Shown here: positions 53,958 through 63,741 of the stretch, piece after piece
Layout of the letters: each line of letters starts with the position of its first letter
How positions within the stretch are numbered: the stretch's first letter is position 1
NCBI GenBank assembly: GCA_029781975.1
Contig: JAKOVQ010000014.1
Coordinates: forward strand, 283,864-347,863
Origin: Acidobacteriota bacterium
GTDB lineage: Bacteria; Acidobacteriota; Thermoanaerobaculia; UBA5066
DNA: 64,000 nucleotides
Reading direction: 5' to 3'
Notes under the pieces: model-generated
The model's input: only the letters and a program-made list of their open reading frames with translations
Database searches by the model: none
Told to the model about the DNA's origin: nothing
Made by a program: the position numbers and the translations under genes

Positions 53958-55825
53958 CGGTCGAGGAGGCCCGTCTGCGCCTCGTCCTCGAGGATCCGGA
54001 GGGCCCCCTCCCGCGAGACCGCCTTCTTGTACGGGCGGTCGGAGGCGGTGAGGGCGTCGTAGATGTCGCAGACGGTCATGATCCGCGACGGGAGGGGGAT
54101 CCGGTCGGCGGTCAGGCGCCGGGGATAGCCGGTCCCGTCCAGCTTCTCGTGGTGGGCGTGCGCGATCTCCGGGACCCGGGCGAGGTCCGCCGTCCAGGGG
54201 ATGGACGACAGGAACCGGTAGGTGTGGGAGACGTGGCTCTCGATCTGGGTCCGCTCCTCGGAGGAGAGGCTCCCCTTGACGATGGAGAGGAGCCGGAACT
54301 CGTCATCGAGGAGGAGGGGCGTCAGGACGCCCCGGCGGTCCCGCCAGGAGCGGGTGAGGAGCGCCCGGAGCCTGCCGCCCGACTCGCGCGGGAGGACGGT
54401 CGGCTCGTTGGCGCGCCGGATCTCGTCGAACTGCGCCTCCAGCTCCTGCGCGCGCTCCCAGCGGGCGAGGTCGAGCTCGCGCAGGTCCTCCGCCGTCGGG
54501 GCCACGCCCGCCTCGGCGAGGCGCCCGAGGAGGTTCCGGTAGTCGGCCGCGTCGGCCGCTTCGAGGGCGAAGTCGAACCGGTCCCGGATCCTCCGGAGGG
54601 ACTCCTCCTCGAGCTTCTTCGCCTTCACGAGGACCCGCTCGGGGATGCTGATCTTCCCGAAGTCGTGGAGGAGGGCGGCGGTCTTGAGCTCGCGCATCTC
54701 CTCCCGCGTGAAGCTCACGCCGGCGTACGGCCCGTCCCCGGCACGGTCGACGACGCGCGCGAGCGAGGTCGTCAGCTCGGCCACGCGGTTCGAGTGCCCC
54801 GCCGTCGTGGGGTCCCGCTGCTCCACCGCGACGATGGCCGCCCGGGCGAAGTCCTCGAACAGCCTCCGGATCGAGGCGGTCAGCTCGTTCGCCTTCAGGC
54901 AGACGGCCGCCTGCGTCGCCAGCGAGAGGAGGAGCGGGACGATCTCCTCCGGATAGGAGGCGAAGGCGCCCGAAGGGCCGACCTTCCGGTTCATCAGCTG
55001 GAGGACGCCGACGAGCTCCCCGGTGTGGTCGCGCATCGGGACCACGAGGACCGAGCGGGTCCTCCAGCCGGTGGCCGCGTCGAAGAGGTCGTTGTGTCGG
55101 TACGGGACGGAGGGCGGGATGCCGTAGGCGTCCTCCAGGTTGAGGGGCTCGCCGGTGAGGGCGACGTACCCCGCGAGGCTCTGCTCGTCCACGGTCATCG
55201 TCCGCTCGGTGAAGGCGAACCGGACCGCGTCGTTCTGGGCGAGCTTGAAGCGGAGCCGCTTCCCCTTCGGGCCGTCCTCCAGGAGGTAGAGGCTCCCCGC
55301 CTCCGAGCCGGTGAACCTCCGCGACTCGGTCAGGATCTTCTCGAGCAGCCTCTCGAGGTCGCGCTCGGCGGAGAGGGCGATGCCGATCCGGTTGAGCGTC
55401 TCGACGCGCGCCTCGGCCTCGACGAGGCGCGTGGTGAGCGCCCCGGCCGCCGCCCGTCCGCGGGCCACCTCGGCCGCCGCCGCCAGGACGGGCGCGAGGA
55501 CCGCAGCCCCGGCCCCCGCCGGAAGCTGGAACGAGGGGACCGCGAGCTCCCGGGCTGGCTGGCCGAGGGAGACGGCCGCCGCCGGCAGGTCGGGGGACGC
55601 CAGCCGCGCGGCCAGCGCGTCCGCCGCGCCCTCGGTCCAGAGATAGAGCGCCCCGTGCGGGCCGGGAGCCGGGGGTGTCCCGTGGAAGACCGAGACGGAG
55701 AGGCCCGCACAAGACGCCGCCTCGAGGAGTTCCCCGGGGACGGCCTCATCGGGCCGGTGGAGCACCGGAGCGGACGGATCGCTCACCATGACGCCATTCT
55801 GGGCCGCGCCCCGCGCGAGGGTCAA
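53903..55825 (-). CDS. GAF-domain HD-GYP phosphodiesterase (c-di-GMP hydrolase family); start may be ATG 55789
   Basis: HD motif (HDFGKISIP) and HHEKLDGTGYP HD-GYP signature; GAF-like region upstream. Confidence 0.8.
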   Translation of the reverse strand: MTLARGAAQNGVMVSDPSAPVLHRPDEAVPGELLEAASCAGLSVSVFHGTPPAPGPHGALYLWTEGAADALAARLASPDLPAAAVSLGQPARELAVPSFQLPAGAGAAVLAPVLAAAAEVARGRAAAGALTTRLVEAEARVETLNRIGIALSAERDLERLLEKILTESRRFTGSEAGSLYLLEDGPKGKRLRFKLAQNDAVRFAFTERTMTVDEQSLAGYVALTGEPLNLEDAYGIPPSVPYRHNDLFDAATGWRTRSVLVVPMRDHTGELVGVLQLMNRKVGPSGAFASYPEEIVPLLLSLATQAAVCLKANELTASIRRLFEDFARAAIVAVEQRDPTTAGHSNRVAELTTSLARVVDRAGDGPYAGVSFTREEMRELKTAALLHDFGKISIPERVLVKAKKLEEESLRRIRDRFDFALEAADAADYRNLLGRLAEAGVAPTAEDLRELDLARWERAQELEAQFDEIRRANEPTVLPRESGGRLRALLTRSWRDRRGVLTPLLLDDEFRLLSIVKGSLSSEERTQIESHVSHTYRFLSSIPWTADLARVPEIAHAHHEKLDGTGYPRRLTADRIPLPSRIMTVCDIYDALTASDRPYKKAVSREGALRILEDEAQTGLLDRWLVETFVSEKVWVPGIV

Positions 55826-55873
55826 CGGCGGCCGCGGCCGACCGCGAGGAACCGGCCCACGGCCGTCCGGAGG

Positions 55874-56875
55874 CTACTTCCCGGCCAGCGTGCTGAAGAT
55901 GACGTAGGGGTTGACGACCAGCCCCTTCCAGGGAGACGGGGCTTCCTGGTCCCGGAAGATCGCGAAGTGGAGGTGGGGCCCCGAGGCGCGGCCGGTCGAC
56001 CCGACCTCGCCGAGCTGCTGGCCCCGCTTCACCTCGTCCCCGACCCTGAGCCCCTTCACGTAACGCTGCAGGTGCGCGTAGTAGAAGATGAACCGCCCGG
56101 TCTGGTCCCGGAGGTAGATCACGATCCCGCCGCGCCGGTCGCGGCCGAGCCGCTCGATCGTCCCGTCGCAGACGGCGACGATCGGCGTTCCGCGCGGCGC
56201 GCCGAGGTCGATGGCGTGGTGGCGCCTGTGCCGCCCCCGCGACGCGTTGAACGAGTCGCGCAGCTTCTCGGGGGGGAAGCTGTCGATCGGGAGGGGGAAC
56301 CCCGTTGCGAAGAGCGCCGCCAGGTCGTCCTCGGGAAGCGAGGCCGGCTTGCTGTCGGCCTTCCGGACGACCAGGTCCTTCACCTTCCCGGCCAGCCTTC
56401 GCCAGAGGGACTTCTGGGCCGGGGAGAGCTGCGGGAGGTCGCCGGTGCGGGCGGCGGTCCGCGCTCCGACGGGATCCTGGATCGCGAGGGGGCCGCCGTC
56501 CTCGTCGTCGCCGTCGGGATCCGCCTCGAGGGGGAGGCTCGCGGTCTCGAGGTGCGACGCCATGGCAGGAGGAGCCGCGGCGGCGGCGGCGGGGAGGGCG
56601 GGGACCGGGACCCTGACCGCCGCCGGGGCGGTGGCGCCCCGCGAGAGCCAGGCGAGGTCCGCGTCGTCCGCCGTCCGGTAGCAGGCGCCGTCCTCCGGGT
56701 CGCGGAACGGACACGCCGAGGGGCGGGAGGCGTCGGAGACGGCCGAGGCGGTGGCAGGACGGCCGCCATCGCCGAGGGGGGCCTCGGCCGCGGCCGGGAG
56801 GGCGAAGGCGGCTGCCAGGGCGACGAGGAGGCCCGCCGAGGGGCTCACGGCGCGAAAGGGGCGCTTCCGGACCAT
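55874..56875 (-). CDS. M23-family (LytM-type) peptidase with signal peptide
   Basis: ATG 56875 with SD GGAGAGG; HHAIDL and GPHLHF zinc-ligand motifs. Confidence 0.75.
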   Translation of the reverse strand: MVRKRPFRAVSPSAGLLVALAAAFALPAAAEAPLGDGGRPATASAVSDASRPSACPFRDPEDGACYRTADDADLAWLSRGATAPAAVRVPVPALPAAAAAAPPAMASHLETASLPLEADPDGDDEDGGPLAIQDPVGARTAARTGDLPQLSPAQKSLWRRLAGKVKDLVVRKADSKPASLPEDDLAALFATGFPLPIDSFPPEKLRDSFNASRGRHRRHHAIDLGAPRGTPIVAVCDGTIERLGRDRRGGIVIYLRDQTGRFIFYYAHLQRYVKGLRVGDEVKRGQQLGEVGSTGRASGPHLHFAIFRDQEAPSPWKGLVVNPYVIFSTLAGK

Positions 56876-56985
56876 GCTCACCTCTCCATTCTCGATTTCA
56901 TCGGGCTCCCGACGGGAGAACCCGCGCCCCGCGGCGCGGGGAGGAGCGGGCGCGATTCGCTCGGGTCGCTCCGGTCGAGCCACTC

Positions 56986-57546
56986 TCAGCCGGCCCTCTC
57001 CAGGTAGGAGTCGTCCCGAGTGTCGACCTTGATGACCGTCCCGGCCTCGATGAACTGGGGAATCTGGACCACGAGGCCGGTCTCCAGCTTGGCGGGCTTG
57101 TAGGAGGCCGACGCGGTCGCCCCCTTCATTCCGGGCTCCGTCTCGACGACCTTGAGCGCGACCGTGGTCGGGAGCTCGACGGAGACGGGGTTCCCTTCGT
57201 AGAAGTCCACCGTGATGACCGTCTCCGGGAGGAGGTACTTCATCGCCTCGCCCACGATCTCGTCCGACATCCGGACCTGGTCGTAGGTCTCCTGGTTCAT
57301 GAAGTGGTGTCCCTCGGAGTCGGAGTAGAGGTACTGCATCTCGTGCGTGTCGAGCGACGCCTTCTCGATGCGGTCCTCGGACCGGAACCTGTGCTCGTTC
57401 ATCGCCCCGCTCTTGAGGTTGCGGAGCTTGGCCTGGACGAAGCCGCGGAGGTTGCCCGGCGTCTTGTGGACCACGCTGTGAGCCCGGTGGAGCTCCCCGT
57501 TGTGGATGACGATCATGCCGGGGCGGAGTTCGGTCGCCTGGATCAT
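56986..57546 (-). CDS. efp: elongation factor P
   Basis: ATG 57546 in frame of ORF 56986..57579; 186 aa; conserved EF-P sequence including KPG loop region. Confidence 0.9.
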   Translation of the reverse strand: MIQATELRPGMIVIHNGELHRAHSVVHKTPGNLRGFVQAKLRNLKSGAMNEHRFRSEDRIEKASLDTHEMQYLYSDSEGHHFMNQETYDQVRMSDEIVGEAMKYLLPETVITVDFYEGNPVSVELPTTVALKVVETEPGMKGATASASYKPAKLETGLVVQIPQFIEAGTVIKVDTRDDSYLERAG

Positions 57547-57655
57547 TCTGCGGTCACCTGGTGGGAGGCCCCGGCGCAAACGGTGCGCGGGGGAACCGGC
57601 CTCCCCTCTCGACGTAATCGGCGAAGGCTAAACCGAGACGGGGGCATATGGCAAG

Positions 57656-57679
57656 CGGGACCACCCGAGGGTGGTCCCG
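57656..57679 (-). terminator. 10-bp GC-rich stem with CGAG loop (CGGGACCACC-cgag-GGTGGTCCCG) downstream of the SGNH-like gene
   Basis: Perfect inverted repeat read directly; lies between the hydrolase stop (57713) and the efp start. Confidence 0.5.
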
Positions 57680-57712
57680 CGTCTCCAATCAGTTGACCCC
57701 GAAGGGTTTCCG

Positions 57713-59230
57713 CTACTCGCCGTTCTTGATCCCGGCGACTCCGGGCTTACGCGCTCCGACCACGGGGACCTCCACCTCCCCCCCGGAGACGACCGGGCGG
57801 GTCGGCATCGGGTAGAGGGTCTTCTGGGCGGCCCACGTCTCGGGGGTGAAGATCTGCGACGCGAACTGGATGATCTGGTCCTGCGTCGGAGTGACGCCGG
57901 GGAGGGGGTACCCGCCCGACGACGTGTTGCCGTTCGCGAGGTAGGCGTACATCGGGACCCGGGGGACGTTCGTCCCGTAGTTCTTGTTGACGAACTGGAT
58001 GAACTCGTCCGCCGTGATGGCGTAGCCGAGCGAGGTGGGGTGGACGCCGTCGTACGAGAAGAAGCCGCCCTGCAGGTACGCTGTAGTGACGACCATCCCG
58101 CCGTAGTTGCGGCCGTGCGCCTTGAGGTCGTTGAAGAAGGCCTTGGTGTCGAACACCTTGTAGCCTGCGGCGGTCGCGAGCGCGGTGATCTTGGCGTTGA
58201 ACTCGTCCGTCCGGGTCTTCAGGAGGGCCACCTCGTCCGGGTAGAGGACGACGCCGGGCTTGGCCGAGCAGGTGGCGAGGCCGCCGCTCAGGTCGCAGTT
58301 GTCGGGGAGGGGCTTGTTGCAGTTGGCCCGGCGCGGGTCGTTCTGGGGGGCCCCGCCGGCATCGAGGACCGCGCACGGGATGCCGTACCCCTGCGTCAGG
58401 TACCCGGCCGCGTTCAGGGTCAGGAGGCTGTCGGCCGGGACCGGGGCGAGGGGTTGCGTTCCCCCCTTCATGCTCAGCGCCGTGATCGGCTGGCCGTTCA
58501 CGACGGCCAGGACCGGGGAGACCGTGCTCGTGAAGGCGATCGTCGAGACGTCCGGCAGGAGCATCGCCACGCCCTTGCCGGTGCCGCCCTGGGACGCCTT
58601 CAGCGTGTCGACGATCGTCTTGTAGTTGGCCTCGTAGAGGGCGGCCGGGATCAGCGTGACGCCGTCGATGACGGTCCCGTAGCTCGCCGGACCGAGGGCC
58701 TCGTTCGCGTAGACGCCGATCGTGACGAAGGTCGGCTTGAGCGACGCCGCCTGCTGGACCTGGGTGGCGCCGAGGCCGCGGAGGACGACGTCCGTGAGCC
58801 CGTTGCCGTTGTCGGCCGAGCTCTTCGAGGCGATGGCGTAGCTGGTGAGGTAGCCGGGGATCGAGAGGTTGTCGTAGGGACGCGGCAGCGTGAGGTTGAG
58901 CGGATTGACGACGCTCGCCCGCTTCCCGAAGGTGGGGGCGAGGCTCGTCAGGTACATGCAGCCGCCGGCGCCGGGGGCGCCCAGGAGGGGCTGCTCGTAC
59001 GACCCGGCCTTCGCCTGGCGCGCGAAGATGGCGGTCCAGCCGTCGACCTGGCCGTACTGCACCCAGCAGCCGTCGAGGAAGCCGGCGTCGACGGATGCGC
59101 CGATCGAGACGACCTTGGAGAAGTCGGCCTGCGCGGCAGCCGGGGTGGCCGGCGCCAGGAGGAGGGCCGCGGCGGAGAGGGCGAGGGCGGCGCGGAGGAG
59201 GCTCTTCATGGTGGTGCTCGTCGTGGTCAT
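57713..59230 (-). CDS. secreted SGNH/GDSL-like hydrolase-family protein; start probably ATG 59209
   Basis: Signal peptide; VVSIGASVDAG (GDSL block I-like) and DGVHPT (block V) motifs. Confidence 0.55.
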   Translation of the reverse strand: MTTTSTTMKSLLRAALALSAAALLLAPATPAAAQADFSKVVSIGASVDAGFLDGCWVQYGQVDGWTAIFARQAKAGSYEQPLLGAPGAGGCMYLTSLAPTFGKRASVVNPLNLTLPRPYDNLSIPGYLTSYAIASKSSADNGNGLTDVVLRGLGATQVQQAASLKPTFVTIGVYANEALGPASYGTVIDGVTLIPAALYEANYKTIVDTLKASQGGTGKGVAMLLPDVSTIAFTSTVSPVLAVVNGQPITALSMKGGTQPLAPVPADSLLTLNAAGYLTQGYGIPCAVLDAGGAPQNDPRRANCNKPLPDNCDLSGGLATCSAKPGVVLYPDEVALLKTRTDEFNAKITALATAAGYKVFDTKAFFNDLKAHGRNYGGMVVTTAYLQGGFFSYDGVHPTSLGYAITADEFIQFVNKNYGTNVPRVPMYAYLANGNTSSGGYPLPGVTPTQDQIIQFASQIFTPETWAAQKTLYPMPTRPVVSGGEVEVPVVGARKPGVAGIKNGE

Positions 59231-59241
59231 GGCCCGCCTCC

Positions 59242-60570
59242 TCAGAAGCTCGTCCTGAGGTTCAGGACGGCCAGGTCGGCGAAGGTCTTGTACGTGCCGT
59301 TGAAGTTGTCCTTGTTGGTGAGGGTGGTCCGGTCGTGGAAGAAGAGGAAGAGGTTCGAGAAGTCGAGGTAGGTCGCCTTCCCGATCTTCGCGCTGATCCC
59401 GATGCTGTAGCCCGAGCGGTTCGCGTCGGGCAGGAGCGGCGAGACCGCCTCGTCGGGCTGCGGCGTCTGGTCGTAGACGAAGCCGGCGAGGACCGAGAAG
59501 CTGTCAGAGGTCTTCCAGTCGATGCCCACCCGGTACGCCCAGGCGTTCTCGTAGTTGAAGTCGATGGTCGTGTTCGGGACCTGCTTGCCGTCGACCGGGG
59601 TGTAGGCGAGGGTGATCTGCTTGAAGACGTCCCACTCGGTGTAGTTCGCGGCGAGGGCGAGGGTCACCTTCTTGGCGAAGGTGTAGGACGCCCCGAACTG
59701 CCACATCGCCGGGTACTCGATCGACGTGTTGACCGGGATCTCCTTGTTGAGGGGGTACTTCGCGGCGATCGCGGCGTCGAGCTGGGGGCTGCCCGTGGAG
59801 CGCGAATACAGGGTCGCGTTGCCGGCGTAGTCCGCCGTGACCTTGCCGTGGTAGGAGGCGCCGAGCGAGAAGTCGGGCGTCGGGTTGATCTTGATCCCCG
59901 CGCCGAACGTGACGTTGGTCTCGAACCCGTCACCGACGATGTCGGCGTGCGCCGCGGTGACGATCCGGTTGGTGAACGGGTTGAGGACCGGGACGTTCCG
60001 CTGGAGCTTGACGTCGCTGATCCTCAGCTCCGGGCCGCCGCCGATCGAGATGTAGTCGTTGATCTTCCAGCCGAGCTGGAGGCCCATGGAGTACTGGCGG
60101 AGGTCGACGCGCTGGGAGACGTACTGGCCGCGGAAGTTGTCCGGGTCCTGCCAGTCGGTCGAGAGGCCGAACGGGAACCACGTGCCGAGCGAGAGGTTGA
60201 GGCACTCGCTCAGGCCGTAGCTCGCGTAGAAGTTCGGCGGGAAGAAGATCATCGACTCCTGCTTGGCGGTGTAGTCCTCGCCCGGGTAGGGGTTGGCGCC
60301 CCGTTCGAGCTTGGAGCTGGGGAAGATCAGCGTCACCCCGACCATCGCCTTCAGCTTCCCCTTCTCGGCCTGCTCGCCGAGGCCGGCGGGGTTGTAGAAC
60401 ATGGCGGACTGGTCGTTGGCGACGCCCACGAAGGCGCCGCCCATGCCGGTCGCCCTCGACCCCGCCTCGAAGATGCTGAAGCCGGCCGCCCGCGCCGGCA
60501 CGCCGCTCCCCGCCGCCAGGGCGAGGACGAGCGCAACGGCCCCCACGCGAATCGAAAGGTTCCCTCTCAC
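59242..60570 (-). CDS. FadL/OmpP1/TodX-family outer-membrane hydrophobic-compound channel
   Basis: GTG 60570 with SD AAGGAGGG; signal peptide; NPAGL hatch motif near N-terminus; C-terminal Phe. Confidence 0.8.
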   Translation of the reverse strand: MRGNLSIRVGAVALVLALAAGSGVPARAAGFSIFEAGSRATGMGGAFVGVANDQSAMFYNPAGLGEQAEKGKLKAMVGVTLIFPSSKLERGANPYPGEDYTAKQESMIFFPPNFYASYGLSECLNLSLGTWFPFGLSTDWQDPDNFRGQYVSQRVDLRQYSMGLQLGWKINDYISIGGGPELRISDVKLQRNVPVLNPFTNRIVTAAHADIVGDGFETNVTFGAGIKINPTPDFSLGASYHGKVTADYAGNATLYSRSTGSPQLDAAIAAKYPLNKEIPVNTSIEYPAMWQFGASYTFAKKVTLALAANYTEWDVFKQITLAYTPVDGKQVPNTTIDFNYENAWAYRVGIDWKTSDSFSVLAGFVYDQTPQPDEAVSPLLPDANRSGYSIGISAKIGKATYLDFSNLFLFFHDRTTLTNKDNFNGTYKTFADLAVLNLRTSF

Positions 60571-60722
60571 ACCACACCCTCCTTGCCTCGCGTTAGCGCG
60601 ACGCAGAACAGATCCCGGGGACGGCGCATTGTTTCGCCGGGGGGAGAGGGCCGTCAAGTGGTTATCCTGCAAGAGGGTCTGCGACCGACGGGGGGAGCGG
60701 CTCCGTCCCGGGGAGGCGGGTG

Positions 60723-60750
60723 CCGCGCCGCCGGGGTCCCGGCGGCGCGG
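60723..60750 (-). terminator. 12-bp GC stem-loop (CCGCGCCGCCGG-ggtc-CCGGCGGCGCGG) 18 nt downstream of the gcvPB stop
   Basis: Perfect inverted repeat read directly. Confidence 0.5.
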
Positions 60751-60767
60751 CGGAAGGGACGGGATGC

Positions 60768-62306
60768 CTAACGGCGGACGGGGGCGCGCAGGACCGGCGC
60801 GAAGCTGCCGGGCCGCGACGCCTCCCGGGCGAGCGTCGCCTCGTCCACGCGGCCGATCGGCATCGCGTGAGGCGCGGACGTGACGACCTCCGGGGTCGCC
60901 TCCGACTCCTTCGCGATGGCGATCATCGCGTCGGCGAAGGCGTCGAGCTCCTCCTTCGGCTCCGACTCGGTCGGCTCGATCATCAGGGCCCCCGGCACGA
61001 TCAGCGGGAACGACATGGTCGGGGGATGGAAGCCGAAGTCCATCAGCCGCTTCGCGATGTCCACGTTGTGGACGCCGCGGGCGGCCTGGTTGCGGTCGTC
61101 GAAGACCACCTCGTGGTAGGTCGGCGCGTCGTACTTCAGGTGGTAGAAGGGGGCGAGGCGGTTCCTCAGGTAGGCGGCGTTGAGGACGGCGTTCTCGGCC
61201 ACCTCCCCGATGCCGTCCCCGTAGGAAGCGATGTACGTCAGGGCCCGGACGAGGACGCCGAAGTTCCCGTAGAACGTCCGCATCCTCCCGATGGAGTCGG
61301 GGCGGTCGTACTCGAGGCGCCAGCCGGCGCCCGCGGGCTCGACCGTCGGGACCGGCAGGAACGGGACGAGCGCCTCCCCGACGCCGACGGGGCCGGCGCC
61401 CGGGCCTCCCCCGCCGTGCGGCGTCGAGAACGTCTTGTGCAGGTTCATGTGCATGACGTCGACGCCCATGTCGGCGGGCCTCGCCTTCCCGACGAAGGCG
61501 TTGAAGTTCGCTCCGTCGAGGTAGAGGTACCCCCCCTTGGCATGGACGATCCGGGCGATCTCGAGGATGTTCTCCTCGAAGACGCCGAGCGTGTTCGGCA
61601 CCGTGATCATCAGCGCCGCCACGTCCTCCGTCATCTTCGACGCCAGCTCGGCGAGGTCGAGGGTGCCCCGGGCGTTGGAGGCCAGCTCCCTCACCTCGTA
61701 GCCGGCGAAGTGCGCGCTGGCCGGGTTCGTCCCGTGGGCGGAGTCGGGGACCAGGACGAACTTGCGGGGGTTGCCCGCCTTCGCGTGAGCCGCCCGGACC
61801 ATCAGGACGCCGGTGAGCTCGCCGTTCGCCCCGGCCGACGGCTGGAGCGTGACGCGCGCGAGGCCCGTCAGCGCCTTCAGCGCGGACTCGAGGCGGGCCA
61901 TCAGCTCGAGGCACCCCTGGGCGAGCGCCTCGGGGGTGTAGGGGTGGGTCTCGGCGAACCCGGCGAGGCGGGCGATCTCCTCGTTGATCCGCGGGTTGTG
62001 CTTCATGGTGCACGACCCGAGCGGGTAGAGGGCGGTGTCGATCGCGTTGTTCAGCTGCGAGAGCCGCGTGAAGTGGCGGACGGCGTCGACCTCCGAGGCC
62101 TCCACCTCTCCCTCCACCTCGGGGCGGTGGGAGGCGCCGAAGAGGGCCGCGGGGTCGGCTGCGGGAACGTCGAGGGGCGGCAGGAGGACGCCGCGGCGTC
62201 CGGGGCGCGAGACGTCGAAGAGGGAACCGAAGCGGCGGCGCCGGTCGAGCCCGGACGCGGCCGCGGCCGGGGAGGCGGACGACGCGAGAGTTCCGTGGTC
62301 GCTCAT
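60768..62306 (-). CDS. gcvPB: glycine dehydrogenase (decarboxylating) subunit 2
   Basis: ATG 62306 in frame of ORF 60768..63464; PLP-lysine region NLHKTFSTPHGGGGPG. Confidence 0.9.
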   Translation of the reverse strand: MSDHGTLASSASPAAAASGLDRRRRFGSLFDVSRPGRRGVLLPPLDVPAADPAALFGASHRPEVEGEVEASEVDAVRHFTRLSQLNNAIDTALYPLGSCTMKHNPRINEEIARLAGFAETHPYTPEALAQGCLELMARLESALKALTGLARVTLQPSAGANGELTGVLMVRAAHAKAGNPRKFVLVPDSAHGTNPASAHFAGYEVRELASNARGTLDLAELASKMTEDVAALMITVPNTLGVFEENILEIARIVHAKGGYLYLDGANFNAFVGKARPADMGVDVMHMNLHKTFSTPHGGGGPGAGPVGVGEALVPFLPVPTVEPAGAGWRLEYDRPDSIGRMRTFYGNFGVLVRALTYIASYGDGIGEVAENAVLNAAYLRNRLAPFYHLKYDAPTYHEVVFDDRNQAARGVHNVDIAKRLMDFGFHPPTMSFPLIVPGALMIEPTESEPKEELDAFADAMIAIAKESEATPEVVTSAPHAMPIGRVDEATLAREASRPGSFAPVLRAPVRR

Positions 62307-63664
62307 CAGAAGCCTCCCAGGACGGCGACGTGCCGGTCGATCTCCTCGCGGCGCGTCCTCTCCGTGAAGGCCACGAGGAGGAGGTCGGCGTGCGAGGAGT
62401 CCGCGGGTGCGAGGCGCGCCCACGGCACGCCGCCGAGGATCCGCTCGGACTGGAGCCGCTCGAGGACCTCGCCGACCGGCGGGCCGCAGCGGAGGGCGAC
62501 CTCGTTGAACGAGGGGCCGGGGAAGGCGACGGAGAAGCGGCCGTTCCGGAGGCTGCCGACCGCCTTCTTGAAGTACTCCGCCTTCGAGAGGCTCTGGATC
62601 GCCGCCTCGCGCAGGCCGTGCTTGCCGAGCGCGGAGAGCGTCATGGTCGCGGCGAGGGCGAAGAGCCCCTGGTTCGTGCAGATGTTCGAGGTCGCCTTCT
62701 CGCGCCGGATGTGCTGCTCTCGGGTCGAGAGGGTGAGGGAGAAGACCGGCCCCCCCGGCGTCTCGAGGCGGCCGACGAGCCGACCCGGGATCTGCCGCTT
62801 GAACGCGTCGCGGCACGAGAGGAACCCCACGAGGGGCCCGCCGAACGACGGCGGGACGCCGAACGAGGCCGCCTCGCCGCAGGCGATGTCGATCCCGGCG
62901 GCCCCGGGTCCCCGGAGCACGGCGAGGGAGAACATCTCGTTCACGACCCCGACCGCGAGCGCTCCCTTCGCGTGCGCGACGTCGGCCGCGGCCTGCCACT
63001 CCTCGACGAGCCCGAAGGCGTTCGGCGACTGCATGCCGACCGCGAACGTCGTCTCGTCCACCGCCGCCGCCAGGGCGGCGCGGTCGGTCCGCCCGTCGGC
63101 CCCGGCCGGCACGACGACGATCTCGAACGGGAAGTTCGCGAGGTACGTCCGGAGCGTGACGAGGTACTCCGGGTGGACCGTCCCCGAGACGACCACCCTG
63201 CGCCGCTTCTTCGTCAGCCGCTCGGCCATCAGGACGGCCTCGACGAACGCCGACGCCCCCTCGTACATCGAAGCGTTGGCGACGTCCATCTCCGTCAGGA
63301 GCGAGACGTGGGACTGGAACTCCCAGACGGCGGTGAGGGTCCCCTGGGAGACCTCCGGCTGGTAGGGCGTGTACGCCGTCAGGAACTCGCCCCGGAGGAG
63401 GAGCTGCCCGACGAACGCCGGCGAGTGGTGGGAGTAGAGGCCGGCCCCGAGGAACGAGGCCCACTCGGCTCCGTTGGCGTTCCGGCCCGCGAGGCGCCCC
63501 AGGTCGCGTCGCAGCTCCACCTCCGACATCGGCGGGGCGAGCGGCGGAGGGCCGGTCCGGTAGACCTCCCGGGGGACGGTGGAGAAGAGGGCGTCCACGG
63601 TCGGCGCGCCGATCTCCGCGAGGAGAGCGGCCCGCTCCGCGGGGCTGTTCGGGATGTAACGCAT
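62306..63664 (-). CDS. gcvPA: glycine dehydrogenase (decarboxylating) subunit 1
   Basis: 452-aa ORF; stop overlaps gcvPB ATG by 1 nt (TGATG). Confidence 0.9.
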   Translation of the reverse strand: MRYIPNSPAERAALLAEIGAPTVDALFSTVPREVYRTGPPPLAPPMSEVELRRDLGRLAGRNANGAEWASFLGAGLYSHHSPAFVGQLLLRGEFLTAYTPYQPEVSQGTLTAVWEFQSHVSLLTEMDVANASMYEGASAFVEAVLMAERLTKKRRRVVVSGTVHPEYLVTLRTYLANFPFEIVVVPAGADGRTDRAALAAAVDETTFAVGMQSPNAFGLVEEWQAAADVAHAKGALAVGVVNEMFSLAVLRGPGAAGIDIACGEAASFGVPPSFGGPLVGFLSCRDAFKRQIPGRLVGRLETPGGPVFSLTLSTREQHIRREKATSNICTNQGLFALAATMTLSALGKHGLREAAIQSLSKAEYFKKAVGSLRNGRFSVAFPGPSFNEVALRCGPPVGEVLERLQSERILGGVPWARLAPADSSHADLLLVAFTERTRREEIDRHVAVLGGF

Positions 63665-63741
63665 GGGACCACTCCCGGGCGCCCGCGGCGCGCCGCGGGA
63701 CCCATCGTTCTACGCCGCGGATCGAGGTGGGATGAGGCCCG

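Noticed and set aside
53180-57007. 1275-aa plus-strand ORF across the HD-GYP, M23 and efp region
   Set aside because: Antisense artefact; the efp, M23 and HD-GYP genes on the minus strand carry clear family motifs.
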